Assembly (NCBI GenBank): GCA_000934665.2
Contig: JYFJ02004405.1
Span: 1 to 32,408, forward strand
Direction: 5' to 3'
Length of the DNA: 32,408 bases
Source: Catajapyx aquilonaris
Taxonomy: Eukaryota
The notes below the pieces were generated by a model. It was not told the DNA's origin, did no database searches, and saw only the letters and a program-made list of their open reading frames with translations. How positions within the stretch are numbered: the first letter of the stretch is position 1; each line of letters begins with the position of its first letter. Below are positions 1 to 11,399 of the stretch, piece by piece. Made by a program: the position numbers and the translations under genes.

Positions 1-139
1 TGCTTCCTAAGTTCAATGATATCTTATTATATTATGCAGAATGCAGCCATCAAGCTCGTATGCGCGCATTTAGTGAAAGGACACGATGGTTATATTTCTC
101 CTCCGGCATGGGCAAGTCAAAAAATATCAAAAAAAAGGC

Positions 140-380
140 TTTATCGCTTACGGGGTACGCAAGGTCAGCCCAGCGACCCCCACCGTAGCCGGCCAACACC
201 CCCCAAGCCCTGTTGCCGCTGACTCGGTTCTGTTATCATGCCGTGGGGTTGCTTAGGATAGCCAGGATAAAGCTCGTTTGCGGGGTGTATGAAACTATAT
301 GTCGTATATAGTACAAGTATATGAGTAATGAAGGTCCGTGCCATATAACTTGGAAAGAGTTCGTGCACTACCCGGATTAA

Positions 381-428
<48 letters not shown>

Positions 429-429
429 C
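140..429 (+). mobile_element. 3' end of a non-LTR retroposon (SINE or LINE 3' UTR) with stem-loop and (ATT)n tail; 5' boundary not determined
   Basis: Ends AAGGTCCGTGC...GCACTACCC (331-373) then (ATT)n, the same terminal motif as the SINEs at 3778 and 30133, but with an unrelated upstream body. It probably lies in the AMPD intron upstream of exon 1424. Confidence 0.55.
381..429. repeat. (ATT)~16 microsatellite, retroposon tail
   Basis: Directly visible; it explains the poly-Ile ORF 165..527. Confidence 0.95.
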
Positions 430-1423
430 TCTCGTAATAATTTGTAAGTTGATGAATCCAGCCCCTGTGTAGCTGTGAAAACAAGACCAGGGTATATTTG
501 GCTGCTAAAAGTTAGTGACACCCTCACATGGGTGGTATGAAAGGTGCATACTTCTTCTTACGATATTTTAAGATGAAATTATTAGTTGAGTTGATTTTGT
601 CAATTTGAGTGCCATGATGGAGATAATCACATTTTGAAATTCCATGACAGTCATTGTGGGTCTGCTTGCTTGATGCTTGGACATGAGGGCATTAATTAAT
701 AAGGATGATGACCATGGCAGGCGTGCTAGAGCTGACTGCCTTGGTATTTGATCCCCAGAAAAATGTCCTAATGTCTTTGAGTTAATCGTCTTACTCCCCG
801 CCCCCTCCTCCTGCCCAAGAATTCAAAATTGCACAGACTAGCAGTGATGCTGCAGGATTCAAATGTGATTATCTGAGTCATGAGCCTAAATGAATAAATC
901 AACTTGCATACTTTTGCCGCATAGGTCAACTCAAGAAAGCTAGATCTGAGAGGAAGTGCACACTTTTTGTACTATCCTGTATAGAGAGTGCATTACAAAA
1001 TTGCCCTCTACCCTGGTAAAAACACTTATGGATGCTGGAAAATGGATGGCCAGCAAGAAATGTGGAGGTGTCCATAATTTTTTTGCTGCTAACTCGACTC
1101 GTCCTATGAACCGAGTGTATTACAGTAACGCTCAGACAAGATGAGTGGTACAAGCTCTGCAAATAGACTGAGTGAATAATAGGACTGCACTGTAACGATC
1201 ACATGGCATGCTGCCTAATTGCCTTTTACAACAGAAGTACTTTACCATTAAGATTTTTTTGTGCAGACCAATGTTCAGTTTAATTTGGCAGAATGTGATT
1301 TAAGGATATATCCACAACTAAAATTACATTGTTCAGTTTCTGGTGTGGTTTTCCATGATCAGATGCAGGTGAACAATGGGACTGCTGACAATGATGATTC
1401 TAATTATGGCTTTGCTTTGATAG

Positions 1424-1534
1424 GAACCTCTTATGGAAGAATACAGCATTGCTGCTCAGGTGTGGAAGCTGAGCTCCTGTGACATGTGTGAGCTTGCAAG
1501 GAACAGTGTCTTGATGAGTGGTTTCCCACACAAG
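1424..1534 (+). CDS. AMPD2: AMP deaminase (AMPD2-like), penultimate coding exon
   Basis: Acceptor tttgatAG at 1422-1423, then 37 codons [37 protein letters not shown], the conserved AMP deaminase C-terminal block. Phase 0 at both ends; donor is AAG|GCAAGT. Not in the ORF track. Confidence 0.96.
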
Positions 1535-2030
1535 GCAAGTGACAAATCTTGCAGGAATTTGTCTGGTTTAGATATAGGGTATCAGTGGAAGTTGCTATGG
1601 TAACAGGTTGAATCACTTGAGCAAGACTATGGTCAGTCATACAAGCAAAGAACGACTGCACCCCGCCTAATGTAGGTTAATGTTTATAACTGTGTGGCTG
1701 GAATTATCAATTTACCTTGGTAGATGTCATGTCTCAGGCTTCCGTGCAGTTAGATTGGCCACTTAAGAATTTTCTCAAGTACTGGTGCCATGTTCATGGC
1801 ACATACTACATAATTTGAAACTACATTATAACTGTTCATGCTCCTCATGTAACACGGGGTTACTAATTTCACAATACATGGGTAAAATCGATGTAGCAGA
1901 TGTGTGGAAATGCCCATTAGATATGTTATTTCCCAGCATGGGCATTGGATTGCATATTTTGAACAGTCCATTGACTGGAGAGGCTGGGATAGGTGGATGG
2001 ATGAGCTTGGAGTAGTCAACATGGGTGGAA

Positions 2031-2130
2031 TTTTCATCCCACTGCTAGTTACTGCTAACTTAGCAGTACCAGAGAGTGTTGGCAATGGTTAGGTTAGCCA
2101 AGTTAGCAGTAACTAGCAGTGGGACGAAAA
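2031..2130. repeat. Intronic inverted repeat, 31-bp arms (small MITE-like hairpin)
   Basis: ttttcatcccactgctagttactgctaactt (2031-2061) is the reverse complement of 2100-2130 with 1 mismatch; 38-nt spacer. Confidence 0.85.
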
Positions 2131-2347
2131 GCTGTAAATGCTTGACCACAGCAATGTGTCTCCTGAAATTTGAACATGTCCTATTGTTTTAAAAGAGACT
2201 TAGGTCATGTCCCCACCCTGCCATGGTAGTTGCTGACAGTAACTAGTTGACATGTAACTGAGACAAAACTTGCCGGCCTGATGTAAACTGCGAGCAGACC
2301 TCATCTCACGTGTCTAAAAGAGAAAATCTTACTGATGATATTTGCAG

Positions 2348-2509
2348 GTGAAGCAGTATTGGTTGGGACCTAATTACACCAAGGAGGGTGCTGCAGGCAA
2401 TGACATCACCAGAACCAATGTGCCAGACTTGCGAGTGGCCTACCGCTACGAAACACTAGTGGAGGAGCTGTCCAACATCTTCAAGGTAGCTGAAAAAGAG
2501 ACCAAGTGA
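2348..2509 (+). CDS. AMPD2: AMP deaminase (AMPD2-like), terminal coding exon
   Basis: Acceptor atttgcAG at 2346-2347, then [53 protein letters not shown]. This matches the AMPD WLGPNY..EG..GND..RTNVP..R..YRYETL motif and joins in frame to the previous exon. Confidence 0.96.
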   Translation: MKQYWLGPNYTKEGAAGNDITRTNVPDLRVAYRYETLVEELSNIFKVAEKETK

Positions 2510-3705
2510 GACAACGCCCCACCCCTGGTATTTTTTTAGAAAATTACCGAAACCCAGAGATATCGAATGAGTGTATGAGCGAGAGCCAGAAAAGGTGATT
2601 ATTTATCATAGCCACATAAAGCTATGATTCCTGAGGATGTGGTAGTCATTACTTTTGTACAGGAGTGTGCAGGTTGTTGACAAAGTATTGCTGTATATAA
2701 AAGTCGTTTTGATAATCCAGGGTTGGGAAGGGGTGGGGTTTTGGAGGGGTGGGTTAACTGCATTCAGACATGTATAATGTTTTTTCAACTAGACTGACCA
2801 ACCATAGGTTTGTGAACTTTTATCTCACATTTCTTGTGTTACTTTCATTTGTCAATCAAGATTATTGTGTGGGAAAATTTTTGAATTATGTATTATACTT
2901 CAAAGTTAACCTCATTAAGGGTATATATGATGATGGGATGAAATGTAAGCTTCTCGTATCAACTGAAGCTCCATGAAAGAAGTGCGTAGAACCCGAGGTA
3001 GAACACAACCATAATGTAAGAAAGCACAACACTTACTGAGTTGACATTCGTGCTGCCAGACAGCACAGTGCTGATTGAAAAATGGTAACGGATGCAGTAC
3101 ATGAGCATGGTAACCAGCATTGATTTTCTGTCATCATAAACTAGTCCAAATGCAACACAGGTGTATTGCCATCACACCATGTTCAAACGGAGTGCTGAAA
3201 ATGTAGAACACATGGAGCAGATCAGATTGCAGTTGCCTCTCCCAAGAGGGATGCAAAGACATGAACTAATAATAGCCAGTGAGTTTTCATTGGTTTGTAT
3301 GCTGTGCCCAAAGGAAGGGGAAGTTTTTTATAAGTTATGACACCTTCATTACATTGTAAGTGCTGCCTCACTGTTGGGAATTTCTTTGTCTTCTAACAAG
3401 TTGATTGAGGTGCTACATAATTATGGTGGTTATTGTACAGTGCTGGAAAAAACTACCTTGTGCCCCAGCAAGCAGCGCACATGTGAGTGTGAGTGGAAGC
3501 GTGCACAATCAGGAGTTGATTCATGCATGCTTCCACCCGCACCCTCTTGCCTGCCTGCTTGGCACTGCCTGCGGGATATAATGCAAGTTTTTCTAGCACT
3601 GTATTTGATGCACTCCTTTCATGGGACTTAATCAGGCATGGAAACCTTACCTTCACCCCTTCCCTCATACTACTGTGCACTGTTATGACATTAGTTTTTT
3701 GTGCC

Positions 3706-3711
3706 AATAAA
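3706..3711 (+). promoter_or_regulatory. Candidate polyadenylation signal of the AMPD gene (3' UTR ~1.2 kb)
   Basis: First AATAAA I found after the stop codon; followed by T/A-rich sequence. No recognisable TE lies between it and the stop, and repeats start just downstream. Confidence 0.5.
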
Positions 3712-3777
3712 GACATACAGAACTGATATATTTATATGTACATTTTTCATTTAACCTTGGACATTAACTCCCTTATT

Positions 3778-4116
3778 AAGCGAAGTGGCGCTGCGGTAAC
3801 TTGCGCGCCCATGGATGTTAAGGTCCCGGGATCAAATCCTGCCCGGGGACACCCCCTTCATCTCGTGCAGAGTTCAGGGTCACCTCTGGCTTCGTCTCGG
3901 ATGGTATTTCCAATAGACTAAACCACCCGGGGGAGCTCACTAAAAATGGCCACACAAGGACATTGCCCTGCACCTTGCACATCCCCTCCTGTCACCCTGC
4001 CCGTGGGCTTGGGCGTTTCAATCATTAGGCGCCGAGATGTACCTTCATCTAAATAAAGGTTCGTGTGATATGCCCCCAGGTGGGGGCGAAAGCACATTAC
4101 CCGAGCAGCAGCAGCA
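3778..4116 (+). mobile_element. tRNA-derived SINE, copy 1, (CAG)n tail
   Basis: A-box-like TGGCGCTGCGG (3786-3796) and B-box-like GGGATCAAATCC (3828-3839). About 240 bp of body aligns closely with 30133-30385. Ends in a stem-loop and GAGCAGCAGCAGCA. No TSD found. Confidence 0.85.
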
Positions 4117-5205
4117 ATATGTGTATTCTAGGTATTTTCTGAATAAGAGAGTTACTCTTATTCAGAAAATACCTAGAATACACATATTGCTGGACTTGGG
4201 ATACATTCCTAAGCTCAACAGTTGATTCAAAGGAACATAATTGTTTCTCGAGTAGGAACATGGTAAGGTTTACTCTGCATAAAGACAGGTTGAAAAGTGA
4301 ACTGTACTGTTGCTTTCAATGAATTGTGGGTCATCAACAAATACAGGAATGTAGTATAAGTGGACCAGAATTGGTCCTCAACCTGTAATGTGTTGAGGAA
4401 CGTTCTTGTTAACAGCAGTGGAATGATCAGTGATGATTTTTTCATTGAATTTAGACATGTACACATTCAACATCTTCAACCTCATTTCTCTTGCAACTAG
4501 GCTGGACTTCGCCATTAGTATCCACAGTGCATCTGGGAGGTCTGGGAGGTGTTCAATACCTTTTGTCTACGGGCGGATGCAGTGCTGTCGGACATAAATG
4601 CCTAGCTCCGAGGCGGGACACTGGGCTGGGGCCTGAGGGATGCATATGCGAGTGCTGGAGTAGGGTTGGGACTTTGGGCATTCAGGGCATTGCTTCCCCC
4701 TCCCCCTACCCCCGTATTTTTCCTTCCATACTTGTTTTTGCTTTTAAAAATCTTAAAATTTGCATAAATTTAGAGAAAAACTTGCATTAAAATGTACATT
4801 AAAATTTCACAATTGTGAACTGTCAGCTTTTCAGATCTTATTTGGCTCAGTTAGTTTCATTTTAAGATATAAAAAGTAATTTCTCTAACGTAAATTCTCT
4901 TAAATCGTGCTATTTGGATTGGAGTTCCTTTCATGAGGACAGTAAATGTAAATTCTTGATTTTGAGTAGCTATTGTATAATTGTGGATTATGAGATACAT
5001 TGGCGTGGGGCCTTTATGGTCTGGTCACCGTAACTCTGACACAGTGCATCAAGTAACAGGTCTACACTTACGCCAGAAGTAGTGTCCTGGATCACTGGAA
5101 CCTGCATCATCCCTCAAAGCCCATGATTCTTCAAGTAGGGTGGCCATTTCCAAATCTCCAAAAAGGACGCAGCTGCTATGTATAGGCTATATACGTACAA
5201 TACAT

Positions 5206-5288
5206 AATTGAAGGGTGCAGTGCAAGAGGGGCATGAGTCAGGTTTTTGTTGTTTGACTCGTGTCCCTCTTGCACTGCACCCTTCAATT
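5206..5288. repeat. 83-nt hairpin with 35-bp arms
   Basis: 5206-5240 pairs with 5254-5288 around a 13-nt loop, with two DNA mismatches. Confidence 0.9.
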
Positions 5289-5664
5289 TTGTCTCTGATC
5301 TAAGCTACTCAAAATCATACTTTTCTGGTATATTTGGCAATAAGGGGAGGGGAGGAGAAAATTACTTATTTTTAGACATGTATAATTTATGGGTGAGCTA
5401 ATTTTGCATTTTTGTGGATAGTTTCAGTAAAATCATTAATGTATGCAATAGAGTGCATTGTAGGTATATGGAAAGCATATAAAACTTTGTATTTGTCGAT
5501 TTGGTTAATGTTTCCGGCTGATGGCGCAACGCTAGAAGTGGCAACGTGGCGTTATGGCAAGTGCGCATGTGCCAGCATGGCCGGCATATACTCGTATGTG
5601 TCATGTGACCATGGTATAATTCAATGTACCGTAACAATTTTAACCCTATTTGGATTGCACAAAT

Positions 5665-7545
5665 GAATCGTCTGGGGATGAGTGATGGCCATGGAATGAC
5701 ACGGACCGAGACTCAGGGAGTGACTCAGGAGATGAAGATGCAGAGGACGTAGATGCAGAGATCAAGATGTACCACAGCATCACGGAAGACGCCCACTGTG
5801 GAAGCACACAAAAACGTAATAGAGGCATCTTGCCTGAAACCCTCATTTTAATGTTTCTTTCAGTGTGTACTAAACGCAGCCGCATAAATAAATTCTACTT
5901 TCATGTTATCAGGTTTCAGCCCCTTCCACCTGCACCACCACCACCTGCAAAGAACACTGGCTCATCCACCTCCCAATCTCCTGAAGACTACTTCCAGAAT
6001 TACATTGATGATGACATCTTTGTGGCTATTGCCAGCTGCTCAAACATAAGAGTGCTCACAGACAGCAACAAGATGCTAAATACAAGTGCTGATAAAATAA
6101 GAACTTTTTTTTTTTGCATATACATTGTCATGTCATGATTGAAGGTAACTGAGTCATCATTATTGTAAGTTTGTAACACACTTTGCGGAATTTTATTATC
6201 TGAAATTTTTTCATTTTCAGTTCCCCAGAATACATAATAATTATGTAAGTTATTGGAACAGGAGGATCAGAATTGCCATAATATATTGCAGACCATATGA
6301 GGTGGCACCGCTACTTTGAGCTCCGTCATGCATTAAAAATGGTTTAGATGCAGACATACAGGAAGAAGGATGGATACTGGAAGTTGCGACCACTTCTGGA
6401 CAGGGTGCGAGACTGTTGCCAAGAATGACAGGACACCAGAAGTCTCCGTCGATGAACAGATGGTACCATTTTGGCGAGCTACTATAGGCACCGCCATCGC
6501 CAGTTCGTTCAGGGTAAGCCCAACCCACGCGAACTCAAGAACTTTGTGGTAACAACACCTGGTGGTATGCCTTTGGATGTCTTTTTCTATGAGGGGAAAG
6601 GCCATACCATCAGTGATGATCCTGATTTGAAGGATGTGGTCCTTGGTGGTAAAGTTGCTGTGCGACTGTGTGACACTCTCTCTGTGGTGCCCCAATCTAC
6701 ATGGATCGCTACAGACGTCAGTGTTGGCAATGGAAAAGTTATTTGAAAGGGGATTTGCTGCTGTTGGGACAATTCAAGCTAGTCGTATTCCCAGGGAGGC
6801 AAAACTTAAGAGTGACAGAGAGCTCCAAAAAGAGGGGAGAGGGTCTGTTGACTAAATGGTAAGGGGAGATGGGCAAGTGTGGCAGTGCTTAAGTGGTACG
6901 ACAACAAGGCGGTACACATGATTTCCACATGCACAGGAGTGGAACCCAGCAATTTTTTCACAAGGTGGTCAAAAACGAAGAAAGTTTACGAGCAGGTATC
7001 TCGTCCCTCTGCTGTGAAAGAGTAGGCTACAATGCTAGCATTGGCGGAGTGGACTTGCTTGATCGAATGATCAGCTATTACCGGATTAGTGGCAAGACCA
7101 GGAAGTGGACCGTCAGGGTGATATTTCACATGATCGACTTCTCTAGCTGGCTGCCAGCTGGTTGCAGTACAAAGTAAATGAATGTGAACATGTGTCAAAA
7201 AAGAAGGACCTGCTGGACTATTATGAGTAGACTACCGTACGCACATGACTGAGGAGCTCATTTACCATCATGACTTCAGCATTGACCAAGTCATCCCTGT
7301 GGACGAGGAGGAAGACAGTGACAATGAACGGAACCAGAAAAGGAGAAGGGTGGCCCCCCTACCACCAGCTGCCCTCAGGAAGGCCAGTGTGCTGCACTTG
7401 CCCGAGATCCCAAAACAGGATCACACCAGTCGGTGTAGACAGGAGGGATGTAAAAGTACCAAGGCTCGTGTTTATTGATCATCACGCAAAGCGCATTTGT
7501 GTTTGACAAAAGACAGGAAGTGTTTTAAAAAGTTTCACAAATTTA
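5665..7545 (+). pseudogene. piggyBac transposase pseudogene, near full length, with frameshifts, stops and at least one intron
   Basis: Motifs in order: acidic N-terminus (DSGSDSGDEDAED), SPEDYFQNYIDDD, SVDEQMVPF (first Asp), QGKPNP..KNFV, IYMDRY (second Asp), GTIQASR, KWYDNKAV, YNASIGGVDLLD (third Asp), RKWTVRVIFHMID, and Cys-rich end RCRQEGC...HLCLTKDRKCFKKFH. TIRs not identified. Confidence 0.92.
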
Positions 7546-7699
7546 AAAAAGTCAGTAACAGCTGGTAAGAGTTTATCTCTATCAAACCCCATGTATCCTA
7601 CAGGATACACAATTTTTTGAGAAAGTCTGACATTGAATTTGAAATGAAAATATTTTTTATGGTCCTTGGGTACCTTTCCCTTCATATTTCAGATTTGTT

Positions 7700-8940
7700 T
7701 TTCTCCAGTGACACATGTAAGGTACCGGGTCTGAGGAGGGTATGGTGGCCTCACTTGCTCCATACGGTAGAATGCTGAAGTGGATCCAACCACTGGCGGT
7801 GCCACTGGTGCATCGGGGGCGATATTCGCGCTTCTCACGGCGCAGCATTGAAAATGATGTTCCGAAAGGACTCCTTTCAACTCCCGGGACACTTAGAAGC
7901 ATTTTTGTTACACATATGGGTGGCCTGATGTTCTGTTAGGCTCTGGCTACCTTTTTACACTGACAGTAGGCCTATTTTAATCCCAGGATCATGAACAATC
8001 TTAACAGAAATAAACTGCACTGAACACTATACAACGGTCACGTGTGTCCGTAACCCTGTCACACTTATCATATTCATCAATATCCTGTCTGTTCCTTGAT
8101 GTCTATGTCATTGTCAAATGTTTGTAAAACACTTCATTCAGAATATCAGATGTCCGTAAAGGAACTGACCTGAAGCCAAACATGAGCCAGCAGCGTCTCT
8201 CTTATCCACTGTGAACCTCTTACGTTTATTTGAGTGCAGCTTATTATTCCACGTGGCTCTTTGGAAGACAATGGAAGGTAAGAGGCTCCACCACAGACTC
8301 GCAATGGTAGGCTACACTGTACACATCCCCCTTTTGGACTAAGGTCACATTGTCTTCTCCAGCAAATAAATGTGCGCTTTTGTTTCTAGTTAAATGTGGG
8401 ATAAAGGTTTGTCATCTCTTTGTTGAATCCTTTATCCACAAGGAAATCATCTTATGCCGCGGAGAACATCACCTGTGACATCACATCCGTGTATGTACCA
8501 TTCTTAACATATTATCTGCCCATAAACTTTAATTTCTGGCGATAGTAAACAAGATCCTTATATTGCCATGACATAGTAGTATATGCACTTGTTAATTCCC
8601 AATCCTACCTATACGAATGATAAATGCGCCATTACTAACAATTACCTTAGTAATGGCACGTGTCACGGGGAACCTTGAAACACAAGCTACCAACTGTTTC
8701 TAAAATGCCAACATGAATCGTATTTTCTGACAAAGGACGCGGGTCTCAAGTAACATCATGCGACAAGATCGGCCATGAAATCATTGGCGTAGGTGAAGGT
8801 CACTTCACCCGACGCAGTGCAGCTAGAAGCCTTGTTTAATGTGCATACGAGAAAACTTGTATGTAACTGATCCATGCATTTAGTTGGCTTGCAAGATAAG
8901 GGCAGAGTGGTTGGAGCGGAATGTGCTAATGCCCAGCCCC
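7700..8940 (-). mobile_element. Highly decayed ISL2EU/Harbinger-like DNA transposon remnant (DDE, THAP-like and SWIM-like fragments)
   Basis: Minus-strand fragments: SRFPVTRAI..TKVMLV...LSFV (~8600-8700); DDFLVDKGF (~8425-8452, like the ADRGF motif of DDE_Tnp_4); TFHCLPKS...KRKRFT (~8200-8290, THAP-like); CTSGTASGWIHFSILPY (~7760-7815, SWIM-like). All are short and degenerate. Confidence 0.4.
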
Positions 8941-8956
8941 ACTTCTCCAGGACACC

Positions 8957-9176
8957 CAGGCGTTTATCCAGGATTTTCATGTGGGGGGGGGGGGGGNNNN
9001 NNNAAAACAGGGGGGGGGGGGGGGGGTTTACTTGAAAAATTAAGGACGCCAAGTAATATAATTGCACAATATTTTTTAAAAAAGGTAGCATGGTTTGTGT
9101 GACTGGTGTGCGCAAGTTGGGGGGGGGGGTCGTGCCATTTCTGGGGGGGAGGGGAGGGGGGGTGGATAAATCCCTG
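8957..9176. mobile_element. Non-autonomous hAT MITE with poly-G tracts (contains 7 Ns at 8997-9003)
   Basis: Perfect 8-bp TSD AGGACACC (8949-8956, 9177-9184); 14-bp TIRs CAGGCGTTTATCCA / TGGATAAATCCCTG with 2 mismatches. Confidence 0.88.
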
Positions 9177-9269
9177 AGGACACCCATTGTCGAATCCCAA
9201 GGTTTAAAATTACGTTAAAAGAGTCAAAAAAAAGAGGAGAGGACTTTACGTAAAGGCAGCCTCGTATAT

Positions 9270-10105
9270 AAACATACCTGACAGAAGCGCGTTCAAAGCT
9301 CTCTTCGCACACCTCGCACTGGAAGCTGGTCAATGTTGCTTGGTTGCACTTAGGCGGGCCTGGAGGTCGTCGGTGGTAATAAGAGGTGACAAAAAATAGC
9401 GACTACTTGATAATAATATGCAACCCAACGCTTCATTGAAACCGGATGCCATCACTAGAGTAATACCAGTCGATTAGGAAACTAAAAGCTTCAAACAAAT
9501 AATGATAGCCGTTTATTTTACTTCCACCTGGTATACATTTCTTGGCATTTCTGGGTTGGTGTACAAACATAACCCTGTACTCTACGGATCACAAGATTTC
9601 TCAAGTGGACTCTTCCCTTTTGACGAAGTAAGGGGAAATGGGAAGTGGTACCAGATGAAACGGATACAGCATGGCCATGCAGCATGGCATAGCACCACTC
9701 TGTGCAGCCCTGACTCTTCACCTGGTACCTCCGCAGACTTCCTCTCTGCGTCATCAAAAGGTGGTTGTCTAGGGGTGAACTCCAAGGATTTCCAGACTAC
9801 ACTATATCATCCACAATCCTTCGGACAACACATGATCAAGAATGATGAACGACATTGAATGTTCTAATGACTACATTGGCAAATATGGAAATGTAATGTT
9901 TAGGGACGTCTGGTCTTCTTGGTCCGCACATTGTCCCCTGGGAGGTTCAGTTCCCTGTTCCTCCAAGGCAATGCCATTCATCCTCACTATCAGAAGTATC
10001 AGTCAGGCAAATGGACAGTTCGTTTGGGTCCACTTCCTGCTTCATCAACTCCGGGCCAACTGTGTTGCGTGAAGATGATGGTGTAGCATTGTTACCAACC
10101 TCCGG
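9270..10105 (-). pseudogene. Internally deleted piggyBac transposase remnant
   Basis: Minus strand gives acidic DTSDSEDEW, then VVWKSLEFTPRQPPF, KSPLE..LCLYTN and TGITLVMA, then jumps to a Cys-rich end KCNQATLTSFQCEVCEES. The catalytic core is missing and no TIRs were found. Confidence 0.55.
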
Positions 10106-10278
10106 CTGTCACAAAGACAAGAGCCCTCAGTCACCTTTCACACCCGATAACGTTCCTTTAGTCTGTGTAACTCATACACACAAACCCCCACCCATAAGCC
10201 TGCTCATTCAAGTTCACCAGCTTGTACAGCTCCCTCTCCCCTGTCCCTCGGCTACGATGCAAGTGGCTGTGTACTTAC

Positions 10279-10611
10279 GTCTATGAAAGAGACTCCAAAG
10301 ATGCACCACGCCACGAGGCACAAAATTCCTCCTGCCGAGGCGAAATACATTCCAATTTCCTTCTCGGGCTTCAGGTAATAGCGGGGAATATTGTGCTCTA
10401 TTGCACCCCCTAATCCAATAAGTGCAATGCCGCAAAGGAAGGCAATGGCTGCCAGTTGTACAAGATGTCCCATGATTGATGCTTCTCCTAAGACAAGGCA
10501 CGTGTGGAACTGACTGAATGATCCAGAGATGGTTCTGGTTCTGAGCAGCTCTCGGTCTGAGTCACCCGCGCCCCAGTCCAGCTCCAGCAGAGAAGAGTGC
10601 GCCGGCGTCAC
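10279..10611 (-). CDS. Candidate exon encoding two transmembrane helices (tetraspanin TM1-TM2-like)
   Basis: 111 stop-free codons between tgtAG (10613-10612) and a consensus donor GAC|GTAAGT (10278-10273). ATG at 10473 gives MGHLVQLAAIAFLCGIALIGLGGAI...IGMYFASAGGILCLVAWCIFGVSFID. Confidence 0.45.
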
Positions 10612-11399
10612 CTACAGGCCTTGTTTCATTGGCTGGGAGAAACGCATTACTTCATGGTCATACGGCGGGCTTCATTCAAAAAAGCATTGTTCTCTAGTCT
10701 TCCTCCTTCGAACTGAATGTACTGTAAATAACGAAACATTTTTGTCCCACCGGGTGGCATGGCAGGTCAAACATCTTATCTCGTTTGCAGATATCGGATA
10801 TACTCGTATTGAGCCCACACGTGTTCAGTGTGCATTGCTTTCGTACGTATTTTATGAATACTGACGTATACTGACGAGAAATGAAATGATGGGGGATCAG
10901 GCATCTGTACAGGGTGTTCTAACTGAAAATTCCCTTAAAGTGGTTCAGGATTATTGGCACTAAGCTGCTTGCTAAGCAGTTATTTTGTTACAGTAACTTG
11001 TATGACCTGTCAAAAATATTACCTGCAAACAACAGTGTCAACAGATAGGAAGGCTTGTGGGCCATTCTGAGAGGAGAATCCGTGAGTGTAATAATAATTT
11101 GTCTCACATCCATATCGAGCGAATAAATTGTTGCGTGAAGTCCACATGACCTGTTGGAGTGTTGGCATCCCGAAGGGCAAGTAAAGGAGAGGGGGGCCGT
11201 TGTTGCCAAGGGGTTGTGCGGGCGGACTGCGCATAAGGTCTTATGAACGACATCAATGCAATGGAGGGATAAGGAATGCCAACTTGTCGCAGGAGAGTCA
11301 GCGATAGTTCACCCCATACGGTTATAAAACGCACTGGTATATGGCTAGAAATAAGAGAAACTCCTAACGATTGGTCAAAAGTGACACGCCAACGCCAAT

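Noticed and set aside
165..527. 120-aa ORF with a poly-Ile run
   Set aside because: It is a translation of the (ATT)n retroposon tail on the opposite strand.
2480..2491. TTCAAG|GTAGCT as a donor to a further AMPD exon
   Set aside because: The frame reaches a stop 7 codons later, a plausible 3' UTR follows, and no downstream exon was recognised. It cannot be fully excluded without RNA data.
3778..3850. tRNA gene (also at 30133-30212)
   Set aside because: A and B boxes are present, but there is no convincing cloverleaf and both continue into a shared body with a tail, so they are SINE heads.
4056..4102. Tail stem-loop as a SECIS element or hammerhead ribozyme
   Set aside because: No conserved AUGA/GA quartet or CUGAUGA/GAAA core across the three copies.
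5640..5660. TTAACCCT as the piggyBac left terminus
   Set aside because: It is too close to the coding remnant, and I found no matching AGGGTTAA end downstream of the transposase.
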